Positions 9,303 through 18,136 are shown, numbered from the stretch's first letter. The stretch is DNA of 32,000 nucleotides from Desulfurococcus sp. (GCA_026626905.1 JAPNUX010000002.1:62229-94228), one strand, 5' to 3'. Numbers and translations: made by a program. The notes: generated by a model not told the origin, from the sequence alone.

Positions 9303-10277
9303 CTAAGCCACCCCGCTATCTAGTAGTTCAGCTAGGTGTCCGGCTATAGCTCTTGCTAACGGGACTGGGACAGCCTCGCCAACCATATTATACTGCTCAT
9401 CTCTTCCTCCTATAAAAACGAATGTATCTGTGAAGCCCATTAATCTAGCCTGCTCTCTAACAGTCAGCAGCCGGTTCTCGAAGGGATGGATGAACCTCGA
9501 GGAGCCTAGAACAGTCGGCGCTATGGTATCCGGGTTAAGTCTTACTAGGTTTGGAAGGAGTCTTCTAGCACCCTGGTAGAATACTAGTGCCTCACCCCAT
9601 TTAAGCCTTTGGACTCTCTTAAGCTTCCTCCAAGGGAGCTCTGGTGGACTCTCGTGGTTCGGAGGCCAGCGTCCAGGCGGCGGGAGCCCTTCTAGAGCCT
9701 TCTTCACAGTAATTCTCTCCCTCGTTCTAGCAGGCTTAATTTCAACGTTTGATATGAAGACTCTCTTCCTGTGGCTTGGAGTCCCGTGGTCTTCAGCAAG
9801 CAGCACGTTGAAGTATACCCTGCTATAGCCGACTCGCTTGAACTCGTATACTAGTGCGTCGCGTAGCCCGTTTTCAGTTATAGCTGGAACATTCTCCATG
9901 ACGAAAACCCTCGGCTTAAAGTATCCTAGTATCCTTATGAAGTGGAGGGTTAGCTGGCCCATAGGATCGCTGTAAAGCCTATCCACAGGGTTTCTCTCGC
10001 GCCTAGGGTTAGCTCCTGTGAAAGGCTCGCAGGGAGGGCTACCTATAACTAAGTCTACTTCACCTGGATCCACGAGCTCTACTATCAGCTCTCTGCTGAG
10101 ATCCTTAACATCTTCATTCAAGACTATAGTGCTAGGAAAGTTAGCCTTATATGTCTGGGCAGCTGGCTTAAAGCTATCCACAGCTAGTAGAGGCTTAAAT
10201 CTACCAGTCAAGTGGAATCCAAGTGAGAAGCCCCCAGCCCCCGAGAATACGTCAATATACTTGTAGACGGGTTTCAA
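9303..10277 (-). CDS. C-5 cytosine-specific methyltransferase (Dcm/Dnmt fold)
   Basis: Motif I is DVFSGAGGFSLG, motif IV GSPPCEPFT, motif VI MENVP, motif IX LTVREQARLMGF and motif X GEAVPVPLARAI. The TTG start lies 2 nt after the tfe stop. Confidence 0.85.
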   Translation of the reverse strand: MKPVYKYIDVFSGAGGFSLGFHLTGRFKPLLAVDSFKPAAQTYKANFPSTIVLNEDVKDLSRELIVELVDPGEVDLVIGSPPCEPFTGANPRRERNPVDRLYSDPMGQLTLHFIRILGYFKPRVFVMENVPAITENGLRDALVYEFKRVGYSRVYFNVLLAEDHGTPSHRKRVFISNVEIKPARTRERITVKKALEGLPPPGRWPPNHESPPELPWRKLKRVQRLKWGEALVFYQGARRLLPNLVRLNPDTIAPTVLGSSRFIHPFENRLLTVREQARLMGFTDTFVFIGGRDEQYNMVGEAVPVPLARAIAGHLAELLDSGVA

Positions 10278-10279
10278 TC

Positions 10280-10822
10280 TTAAACCCGTTCCAGCCTCCT
10301 GATTAACTCGTCAACCCTCTTAATAGATTCCTTCAGGGCCTCTATAATTCTATCTCTATCTACTTCAATGAGGAGTTCACCATCGTTAGGGCAGAGGAAG
10401 TCGCTTGCATAAGCCTCTTCAAGTGTATACCTTCTACCACACCTAGGACACTGGTATGTGGCATTCTCCTCCTCGAAGCGTAGTCTCGCGGCAAGCTTCT
10501 CACGGGTCTTCCTCAACCTGAGGAGCAGGGCGCTTTTAACTCCAGGCTCATTAAGCCTCCATATGTGGAGTACTCCATCCTTTGTTCTAAGCTTACCGGG
10601 AACAACTAGATTCTCCTCCGACATCTTCTGCAGGATCTTCCTGCCTTCATTAGATTTTATCCCAGTATCCTGCGTGAGGAGTTCTTCAGCAACGTATCCT
10701 CTCTCAATGATAAGCTTGAGTAGCTTAACCCCCTGCTCCCCGTAGAGACTTTGAACTAGCTCCTCGAGTACTCTAAGCAGCTCGCTGCCTTCTTCAGCCT
10801 CAAAGACCTTACTCAGCTTTAC
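10280..10822 (-). CDS. tfe: Transcription factor E alpha (TFIIE-alpha homologue): winged helix + degenerate zinc ribbon. The start codon is unresolved.
   Basis: The ribbon is YQCPRCGRRYTLEEAYASDFLCPNDGELL. The same frame stays open upstream of ATG 10624 as far as the stop at 10823-10825. That stretch encodes a winged-helix-like segment, LVQSLYGEQGVKLLKLIIERGYVAEELLTQDTGIKSNEGRKILQKM. The total of about 180 aa is the normal TFE-alpha size. There is no ATG/GTG/TTG in the extension. Confidence 0.75.
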   Translation of the reverse strand, partial: VKLSKVFEAEEGSELLRVLEELVQSLYGEQGVKLLKLIIERGYVAEELLTQDTGIKSNEGRKILQKMSEENLVVPGKLRTKDGVLHIWRLNEPGVKSALLLRLRKTREKLAARLRFEEENATYQCPRCGRRYTLEEAYASDFLCPNDGELLIEVDRDRIIEALKESIKRVDELIRRLERV

Positions 10823-10902
10823 TCACCATCTAATACTACTAAGTATATATTCTGCTAGAAAGACTTATATCTATTCCAGTCTTCGGCATAAAATGGTGTC
10901 TA

Positions 10903-11166
10903 GTGGTGTGGACACTCATAATGAGAGTTAAAAGCAAAGGGTGCCCTAGCTGCATAGCCACAGTGCTACTACACCTCTACAGGATTCCAGGGGTTAAAGG
11001 TGCACGTGTACGTGGGAGCAGCGTGCTAGTTCTCATCGAAGATGAAAGTACTGCTAAAAGAATTCTAAGTAGTGATGCTATTAGAGACTACTACGTAGTT
11101 GAGGAGTGGAGTATTGTAGAGGGAAATCTGCTTAAGGAGACCTTGGAGTTCAAGCTGAAAGGTTGA
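10903..11166 (+). CDS. Small HMA (heavy-metal-associated)-like ferredoxin-fold protein
   Basis: KGCPSCIATVLLHLYRIPGVKGARV...VLVLIEDE resembles the MxCxxC metal-binding loop and beta-alpha-beta-beta-alpha-beta layout. ATG 10921 is an alternative start. Confidence 0.4.
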   Translation: MVWTLIMRVKSKGCPSCIATVLLHLYRIPGVKGARVRGSSVLVLIEDESTAKRILSSDAIRDYYVVEEWSIVEGNLLKETLEFKLKG

Positions 11167-11210
11167 CTAATGCCAACATGGTGATCATTTAAACAGTCAT
11201 GATAGAAAAG

Positions 11211-11218
11211 TTTATATA
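11211..11218 (+). promoter_or_regulatory. Consensus TATA box (TTTATATA) with purine-rich BRE for the thermosome gene
   Basis: GAAAAG-TTTATATA lies 45-55 nt upstream of the thermosome start codons, implying a short 5' leader. Confidence 0.5.
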
Positions 11219-11266
11219 GAAGCCCTTACATGAGATATCCCTGGATTCTCTCGAGTGGTGATCTCC

Positions 11267-12910
11267 ATGGCAGCTGAGCCTACTGGTATACCTGTACTGA
11301 TATTAAAGGAGGGGACGCAGCGGACAGCGGGGAGAGACGCGTTAAGAGCTAATCTACTCGCTGCTAGAGCTGTTGCAGAAATGATTAAAACTACTTATGG
11401 GCCTAAAGGAATGGATAAAATGCTCGTTGATGCTCTTGGAGACGTCACTATAACTAATGATGGTGCAACAATACTTGATAAAGCTGAGATCCAGCATCCA
11501 GCAGCCAAAATGCTAGTCCAGGTCTCCAAGAGCCAGGATAGTGAGGTTGGAGATGGAACAAAGCGTGCAGTTATATTTGCAGGCGAGCTCTTAAAGAATG
11601 CTGAAGAACTACTCAACAAGAACATCCACCCGACAGTCATAATCTCCGGCTACAGGATAGCTATGGAGGAGGCGTTAAAGGCTCTCAGCGAGATAGCCGA
11701 GCCGTTAAACATAGCTGATGAGGAGCTATTGAAAAAGATTGCTAGAACCTCTCTCACAAGCAAAGCTGTTCATGATGCCCGCGAGTTCTTCGCTGAGATG
11801 GCTGTTAAAGCAGTAAAGCAGATTGTGGAGAAGAGAGGCGACAGGTACTACGTTGACCTCGACAACGTGCAGATAGTCAAGAAGTATGGTGGAGCACTAC
11901 TAGACTCAATGCTGATTTCAGGTATAGTTCTAGATAAGGAGGTTGTTCACCCGGGAATGCCGAGGAGAGTAGAGAATGCTAGAATAGTACTCCTCGACGC
12001 CCCACTAGAAATAGAGAAACCAGAGATCGATGCAGAGATAAGGATAAGCGATCCCGAGCAGCTCGACAAGTTCCTGCAGCAGGAGGAAGAGATACTAATG
12101 AAGATGGTTGATAAGATTGCTAGTGTTGGTGCTAATGTTGTTGTATGCCAGAAGGGTATTGACGAGGTAGCCCAGCACTTCCTCGCCAAGAAAGGAATAC
12201 TAGCAGTAAGAAGAGTAAAAAGAAGCGACCTAGAGAAACTTGAGAGAGCTACCGGAGGCAGAATTGTAAGCAACATTGACGACCTAACACCCGAGGATCT
12301 AGGCTATGCTGAGCTAGTAGAGGAGAGGAAGGTTGGAGAAGACAAGATGGTGTTCATTGAGGGATGTAAGAACCCGAGGGCTGTAAGCATAGTAATCAGA
12401 GGTGGATTAGAGAGGCTTGTAGATGAAGCTGAGAGAAGCCTGAGAGATGCTCTCTCATCTACAGCTGACGCTATAAGAGATGGAATGTTCGTGGCCGGTG
12501 GTGGAGCAGTAGAGGTCGAGCTAGCAAAACGCATCAGAAAGCTGGCTACTAGAATCGGGGGTAGAGAGCAGCTGGCAGTAGAAGCCTTCGCTAAAGCTCT
12601 AGAGGGACTAGTAACCACGTTAATCGAGAACGCCGGGTTAGACCCGATAGACGTCATGATGGATCTAAGAGCAGCCCACGAGAGAGATGATGGAAAGCAC
12701 ATTGGCGTAGACCTCTCAACCGGAGACCTCGTGAACATGAAGGAAAAGGGTGTTATAGAGCCTGTCAGCGTAATAGCCAACGCTATTAAAGCTGGCACAG
12801 AAGCCGCAACAATAATACTAAGAATAGATGACGTCATAGCTGCAAGCAAGCTCGAGAAGAAAGAAGAAACCAAGAAGCCTGGCGAAGAAGAGAAGAAGGA
12901 GGAAGAATAA
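11267..12910 (+). CDS. ths: Thermosome subunit (group II chaperonin)
   Basis: Motifs present are [44 protein letters not shown] and VAGGGAVE, with a Lys/Glu-rich tail. ATG 11267 matches family N-termini (the track start is GTG 11255). Confidence 0.95.
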   Translation: MAAEPTGIPVLILKEGTQRTAGRDALRANLLAARAVAEMIKTTYGPKGMDKMLVDALGDVTITNDGATILDKAEIQHPAAKMLVQVSKSQDSEVGDGTKRAVIFAGELLKNAEELLNKNIHPTVIISGYRIAMEEALKALSEIAEPLNIADEELLKKIARTSLTSKAVHDAREFFAEMAVKAVKQIVEKRGDRYYVDLDNVQIVKKYGGALLDSMLISGIVLDKEVVHPGMPRRVENARIVLLDAPLEIEKPEIDAEIRISDPEQLDKFLQQEEEILMKMVDKIASVGANVVVCQKGIDEVAQHFLAKKGILAVRRVKRSDLEKLERATGGRIVSNIDDLTPEDLGYAELVEERKVGEDKMVFIEGCKNPRAVSIVIRGGLERLVDEAERSLRDALSSTADAIRDGMFVAGGGAVEVELAKRIRKLATRIGGREQLAVEAFAKALEGLVTTLIENAGLDPIDVMMDLRAAHERDDGKHIGVDLSTGDLVNMKEKGVIEPVSVIANAIKAGTEAATIILRIDDVIAASKLEKKEETKKPGEEEKKEEE

Positions 12911-12930
12911 CCAAGCTCAATACTCACTCC

Positions 12931-12935
12931 TTTTT
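12931..12935 (+). terminator. T5 tract after the thermosome gene
   Basis: CCTTTTTATAAGG begins about 20 nt after the stop. Confidence 0.35.
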
Positions 12936-13174
12936 ATAAGGATTCACTAATACTCTTAAGCCACACCCACAGCTCGTTAACATGCTTCAAGAACACGTAT
13001 AGCCTGCCCGAATAATCCTACCTCCTACGGGATGAATACAGGCAAGTAAAGTGCAGATCAACCGATATATTTTCTAAACACAGTTATCCCGCTTCACTCT
13101 AGTTCACGGCTGAATTAGAGGCTTCTATCTAGAATCATGCTCGAATAACCTAAAGTATTACTCCCAGTTCTCTT

Positions 13175-13540
13175 CTAACCTGGCTTAGACTTAAAGGTTA
13201 AGCCAACGTAGACTTTATCCATGGGTTTTAATCCTAGCTCGCCAGGGCTTCTGATTACTACTAGCAGCCCGTGAAGAGATATCACAGTTCTATAGGTGCC
13301 GCCCAGCATGGTATTTGATACAATGTATCCCTGAGCACAGAAATATTTCTCGAGGCAGGCCTCTCTATCGCCTCCCACGTATACTTCAACTACTGTATCA
13401 TCTACTCTAGGCTGCTCTACTACCTCTTCGTGTAGTTCTACCTCGATGAGCAATCCACTCCCGCATGAAGCCTTCAGCCTGTATACTTTTGGAGCCCTCA
13501 GCTGCTGGATTTCACTGATACTACACTCGTACTCCACCAC
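13175..13540 (-). CDS. rpo8: RNA polymerase subunit Rpo8 (RpoG, Rpb8 homologue)
   Basis: CAQGYIVSNT...TVISLHGLLVVIRS...MDKVYVGL matches the pattern I recall for Sulfolobus RpoG and Rpb8 (GYIV...ISLFGLLV.I...MD.VY). The size is about 120 aa. Confidence 0.6.
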   Translation of the reverse strand: MVEYECSISEIQQLRAPKVYRLKASCGSGLLIEVELHEEVVEQPRVDDTVVEVYVGGDREACLEKYFCAQGYIVSNTMLGGTYRTVISLHGLLVVIRSPGELGLKPMDKVYVGLTFKSKPG

Positions 13541-13621
13541 TGTTTAAAACACCTGCTTCACTAATTAGCCTAGGGTAAGATAAAAAGATACCTAGGCTTT
13601 AATAAGCATTGGTGGTGCAGG

Positions 13622-14071
13622 ATGTCTGTGGTTGACGCGTCGAGAAAACTAGTCAGCGAGCTTACCTCGTTGATGGATAAAAAGATCCGTGTAGTACTAA
13701 GCGATGGAAGATACTATGAGGGGATACTAGTAGGCTTCGACCATCCAGGCTTAAACCTGCTGCTGAGAGGAGCTGTCAACGAGAAGGGAGGTAGAATCCC
13801 AAAGGTCTTAATCAAAGGTGAGAGGATATCAGAGATAATGATACTTGAGGAGCCGTTATTCAATCCAGAGGAGTTCAAGGAATGGGTTTTAAGAGAGATG
13901 AGGATACCAGAGCACATGGTTAAAGTAATACCTGAAGCTAGAGTTGTAGAAGTCCAAGGGCGCTACAGGATCAGCGAGGAGGGCGTAATAGGCTCAGGCC
14001 CTATAGCTGAAACCCTTCACAGCATCTACGTGAAGTACATGGAGTATAGGAGAAAGATTGTGCAGGGATAA
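13622..14071 (+). CDS. Sm-like archaeal protein with C-terminal extension (SmAP3-type)
   Basis: The Sm1-like segment is IRVVLSDGRYYEGILVGFDHPGLNLLL and the Sm2-like segment is VLIKGERISEI. An extra domain of about 75 aa follows. Confidence 0.7.
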   Translation: MSVVDASRKLVSELTSLMDKKIRVVLSDGRYYEGILVGFDHPGLNLLLRGAVNEKGGRIPKVLIKGERISEIMILEEPLFNPEEFKEWVLREMRIPEHMVKVIPEARVVEVQGRYRISEEGVIGSGPIAETLHSIYVKYMEYRRKIVQG

Positions 14072-14075
14072 AGGA

Positions 14076-15672
14076 ATGTTTTTTCGAGCCGAGAGAACAC
14101 GATCTAGCTGGGAGGATAGCACGGTTAACCACTAGGCACGGGCGTATTGAAACCCCCTATCTTTTTCCCGTTGTAGACCCGTTGAGACAAGAAGTGTCTT
14201 TAAACAGCCTAGCGGAGCTGGGATTCAACGGAGTGGTAACAAACGCTTACCTCTTCTACAAGAGGAGAAAAGGGTCTGTGGAGTCTATTCACGAAGCCTT
14301 AAAGTGGGATAAAGTATTAATGACGGATTCCGGGGGCTACCAGGTTCTAGTATACGGGGATGTAGAAGTCGATAATAGAACAATAGTTTCCTATCAGAGG
14401 GATATAGGAGTTGATATTGGAGTAATACTAGATAAGCCTACAGGTAGCATGGCATCCCATGAAGAAGCCCTTAAAAGCGTTTACGAGACGTACAAGAGGG
14501 CAGTGGAGGCTGCACCATTAATATCTGATAGCGACCAGCTATGGGTTCTACCAATCCAGGGGCTTCCTTACAGGGATTTAGTTGTTAGATCATCTATTCT
14601 CGCTTGGAGGCTACCAGTCTATAGTATATATGCTCTTGGATCCCCGACAATCCTCCTCGAGAAGTACAGTTATGCTGGAATCGTGGAGTCAACAATCCTA
14701 GCTAGGATGACGCTGCCACCAGGAAAGCCAATCCATGTTTTCGGAGTCGGCCACCCCATGATAATACCATTCCTGGTGGCTGCTGGCGGCGACTTATTTG
14801 ATTCAGCAAGCTACGTGCTCTACGCTCGAGACGATAGATACATGACTGAAACAGGGACGAGGAATATAAGGGACCTCCAGTACCTTCCATGCAGCTGCCC
14901 TATCTGCAGCAGGTATACTGTGAGAGAGCTACTTGAGATGCCTAGGCAGGAGAGAACAAGGTTAATCGCACTCCACAATCTTCATCTTCTAGCAGAAGAG
15001 CTTAGAAGAGTAAAACAGGCTATCAGAGAGGGGAGGCTATGGGAGCTCCTCGAGTATAAGAGTAGAGGGCATCCCCGCCTCCGCGAGGCCTTTAAAGTGC
15101 TTGTTAAGTACAGGCGTATACTAGAGAAGTACAATCCTGTATCCAAGCCTGACGCCAGGGCTCTAATGCTAGTTGATAGCTCTTCAACCCGTAACCCACG
15201 CTTAGAGGCCACCTCGAGGAGAGTTAGAGAGGCTATAGGAGACCTCGTCGAGAACAAGATTGTAATCGCTATCCCAGCTTACAGGAAACCCTATACAAGC
15301 CAGGTGGAGTATGCTGTACTCGAAGAAAAGTATGGTAGTGATAGTAGAATAGCACTACTATTCCTCCACCCGATGCTAGGCTTAATCCCTCCCGGGTTGT
15401 CGTCAACATACCCCTTCTACCAGCATGAAGCCTTGTTCACTAGAAGCGATATATCATCGAGGAATATTGGAAGGCTCCTCGCTGAATTGAAGAAGAAGGG
15501 GGCAGTAAAAATAATACTCGTGGAGGCTGGATGGCTTGATAAAAAGCTCTATGCTGAAATACTTAGAGAGGTTAAAGGAGTCGAGGATATTACAGCTATA
15601 TGTAGGATAGACGAGATCTCCTCTCTCCTTCCTCGAGAGCCTTCTCGATCTTCTCCTTCTCGCTCTCAATAG
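14076..15672 (+). CDS. tgtA: Archaeosine tRNA-guanine transglycosylase, catalytic + C1 region only (no PUA), with an apparent +1 frame disruption in a T6 run at 14079-14084
   Basis: Motifs present are LMTDSGGYQ and the zinc site CSCPIC...(22)...H. The conserved N-terminus FEPREHDLAGRIARLTTRHGRIETPYLFPVVDP is in frame with the 14182 ORF but upstream of its TTG. ATG 14076 is one base out of frame. Confidence 0.8.
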
Positions 15673-16327
15673 CTTCTATCATTAATGCTTCCTCTTCGAG
15701 AGTTGACGTGCCTATCTTAACGTTGAGAACCTCGCTTAACACTTCAACGGCAACTATGCTGGCTCTAGGATCAGGTCTATAGAGCTCTGTGTAGGGTAGT
15801 ATCGTAGCACCCTTTAATCCATACGCCTGCATGAACATCATAGTTGAGGCGAGGGGCCCGATAACGTATCTCTCCTCGAGTATCCTAGCATTAAGCTTAA
15901 TGCTTGTCTCGCCTATCGGTATCCACCTATACTTCTCATTGCCTTCCCTTAAGCTGGGGTCTAGACCCCCTACTAGAACAACCTCTTCAACACCCAGCTC
16001 CCTGGCGAATGAGGCTAGATACTCAGCGTACATTGTTCTCTCTCTTTCAACAGGTGTTGCATTATGGAGTACTACAAGCAGGCTTCTACCACCAGCTTCA
16101 CCAGCATAGACTTCGAAGGGGTATACTAGTCCATGCTCTCTAGTATAGAATGTGAATTCAGGCATATACCTAGTCTTTATGAAGCCTATTCTACGTAGCT
16201 TAAGCTCTCTTACAATATGTCTTGTTGTAAGATACCCTACCATCCCGAAGCCCTGGTAGCCGGTCACTAGAAACGCTTGTTTTAGTGAGCGAAGGTCTAC
16301 ATCAGAGGTTTTAATGAATGATATCAT
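15596..16327 (-). CDS. PAC2-family (proteasome assembly chaperone/PbaA-PbaB-like) protein
   Basis: The N-terminal LVTGYQGFGMVGYLTTRHIV resembles the PAC2 G-x-G-x-V-G signature. The protein is about 240 aa, with an acidic helical tail and a penultimate Tyr (..LSYI). Confidence 0.5.
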   Translation of the reverse strand: MISFIKTSDVDLRSLKQAFLVTGYQGFGMVGYLTTRHIVRELKLRRIGFIKTRYMPEFTFYTREHGLVYPFEVYAGEAGGRSLLVVLHNATPVERERTMYAEYLASFARELGVEEVVLVGGLDPSLREGNEKYRWIPIGETSIKLNARILEERYVIGPLASTMMFMQAYGLKGATILPYTELYRPDPRASIVAVEVLSEVLNVKIGTSTLEEEALMIEAIESEKEKIEKALEEGERRSRLSYI

Positions 16328-16817
16328 TGCTTAACCCTTCCATCACTCCCTCTCTAACTCTAACAGCCTCGCCTCTTTTATAGTAAACCATCTCGTGTCC
16401 AGCGAGAACAGCTCTTCCCACAGCAAGTAAATCCCCGCTCAGTGAGACTACTAGAACTTCATCGCCGGGCCGTATACCTGGATCTGCCGCCAACACATGC
16501 CGGCTGAACAAGTTGCCTCCAGCCGCTATGAATTCAGCGTAGTCTCGTTTAACGTAGACTCTCAGCTTTGGATAGGGGAGCATCTTGTTAAGGACTCTGC
16601 CTGAAGCTACATGCAGGTTAAACCTGTAGTCTCCTGCTCTTAGAGTCAGGTATTTCACGCCACCTAGCATGACATGTCTTACTTTCATTGTGCTCGGGCT
16701 GACAGCGAGCTCTACCGAGTCGGGTATAAATTCGCCTCTAACACCAAACTGAAGTCTCGCTATCCACCTTAGCTCTGAGAGTTCTCTCGGCTCAGGTCTT
16801 CGTATTTTTAAGCCCAT
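16311..16817 (-). CDS. Stand-alone PUA-domain RNA-binding protein (arcTGT C-terminal-like)
   Basis: The C-terminal IRPGDEVLVVSLSGDLLAVGRAVLAGHEMVYYKRGEAVRV is PUA-like. The N-terminal half resembles the pre-PUA domain of archaeal TGT. The gene overlaps the next gene by 17 nt. Confidence 0.65.
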   Translation of the reverse strand: MGLKIRRPEPRELSELRWIARLQFGVRGEFIPDSVELAVSPSTMKVRHVMLGGVKYLTLRAGDYRFNLHVASGRVLNKMLPYPKLRVYVKRDYAEFIAAGGNLFSRHVLAADPGIRPGDEVLVVSLSGDLLAVGRAVLAGHEMVYYKRGEAVRVREGVMEGLSNDIIH

Positions 16818-16834
16818 GGAGACCCCTTAACCTG

Positions 16835-18103
16835 CTACGTTCCATACCTCCATGAAGCAGTATACTCCTCCTGCTCTCTTGTCATGAAGTCTATTCTCAC
16901 GCCCATTGACTCAAGTTTTAATCGAGCAACCATTTCATCCAGCTCTACTGGTGGATTGAAGACTCTTGCAGGCAGCCTACCCTTATTCTCGAGCAGATAT
17001 AGTGATGCAAGAAACTGGTTTGCAAAGCTCATATCCATTACTTCACTGGGATGACCTTCTGCAGCTACAAGGTTTACTAGCCTGCCTTCCGCGAGCAAGT
17101 AGAGCTTCCTCCCATCATAGAGCTCGTACTCAGTTACATTGGGGAGTATATTCCTTTTAGCCTTGGAGAGGGCTTCGAGGTCTGGTATCCATATCTCTAC
17201 GTTGAAGTGTCCTGCGTTAGCTAGTATAGCACCATTCTTCATTTTCTCGAAGTGCTCTCTCCTAATCACCGCTTTATTACCTGTTGCCGTTATGAATACA
17301 TCGCCTACCTCAGCGGCCTCGCTCATCGGCATAACCTCGAAGCCATCGTATACTGCTTCAAGCGCCCTGATAGGGTTAACCTCTGTGACTATAACACGCC
17401 TTGCTCCAAGCCCCCTTGCTCTTGCAGCTATACCTTTGCCAACCCAGCCGTAGCCTGCGACTACTACCACCTTACCGGCTACAAGAATATTCGTAGCCCT
17501 AAGGATCCCGTCGAATGTGCTCTGCCCTGTCCCATACCTGTTGTCGAACATGTGCTTTGTGTAAGCGTTGTTCACGGCTATCACAGGATACCTTAATAAG
17601 CCTTCCCTCTCCAAGGCTTTAAGCCTTATGACACCGGTTGTAGTCTCCTCAGTCCCCCCGGTGATTCTGCTAGCCGTATCCAAGTGCTTTTCATGCAGGT
17701 AAGCGTGGAGATCAGCCCCGTCATCTAACACTATATCCGGCTTCCACTCGATAATCCTCTCAAGACACCAGTAGTATTCATCACTGCTCTGACCCCTCCA
17801 CGCGTAGACGTGGACACCGTATTCTACTAGAGCGGCTGCTACGTCATCTTGTGTTGAAAGCGGGTTGCTTCCAGCTAATGCTACTTCAGCTCCTGCATCA
17901 ATAAAGGCCTTCATTAGAACAGCTGTCTCCTTAGTCACATGGAGCACAGCCCCAATTCTCACATTCCTCAAAGGCTTCGAGCTCTCATACCGCTTTCTAA
18001 TAAGCATTAAAACCGGCATATGCTGTTCAGCCCAGGAGATCCTGGCTTCACCTTGAGGGGCTAGGGATAAATCCTTGACACGGTACTCCACGTCGTTCAC
18101 CAT
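16835..18103 (-). CDS. ahcY: S-adenosyl-L-homocysteine hydrolase
   Basis: Motifs are [32 protein letters not shown] and the NAD motif [13 protein letters not shown] 18103 is preferred because a TATA box (18131-18136) places the transcript start near 18107. Confidence 0.95.
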   Translation of the reverse strand: MVNDVEYRVKDLSLAPQGEARISWAEQHMPVLMLIRKRYESSKPLRNVRIGAVLHVTKETAVLMKAFIDAGAEVALAGSNPLSTQDDVAAALVEYGVHVYAWRGQSSDEYYWCLERIIEWKPDIVLDDGADLHAYLHEKHLDTASRITGGTEETTTGVIRLKALEREGLLRYPVIAVNNAYTKHMFDNRYGTGQSTFDGILRATNILVAGKVVVVAGYGWVGKGIAARARGLGARRVIVTEVNPIRALEAVYDGFEVMPMSEAAEVGDVFITATGNKAVIRREHFEKMKNGAILANAGHFNVEIWIPDLEALSKAKRNILPNVTEYELYDGRKLYLLAEGRLVNLVAAEGHPSEVMDMSFANQFLASLYLLENKGRLPARVFNPPVELDEMVARLKLESMGVRIDFMTREQEEYTASWRYGT

Positions 18104-18130
18104 GAGTATACTCGTATAGCTTGCCAAGCC

Positions 18131-18136
18131 TTTATA
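18131..18136 (-). promoter_or_regulatory. TATA box for ahcY (near-leaderless transcript)
   Basis: CTATAAAGG on the minus strand is centred about 26 nt upstream of position 18107, which is 4 nt before ATG 18103. Confidence 0.4.

Noticed and set aside
8861-10277. Restriction-modification system or Dcm-Vsr pair
   Set aside because: The 146-aa neighbour lacks the Vsr signature (F-x-D-G-C-F-W-H-type motif) and any nuclease motif. No other candidate endonuclease flanks the methyltransferase.
12304-12927. 207-aa ORF antisense to the thermosome gene (also 11395-11640 and 11947-12276)
   Set aside because: It is a shadow frame of a highly conserved chaperonin gene, and its Ser-rich low-complexity translation is typical of antisense GAx/AAG-rich coding DNA.
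17139-17596. Two overlapping about 105-115-aa ORFs antisense to ahcY
   Set aside because: ahcY is unambiguous, and these frames have no start context or motifs.
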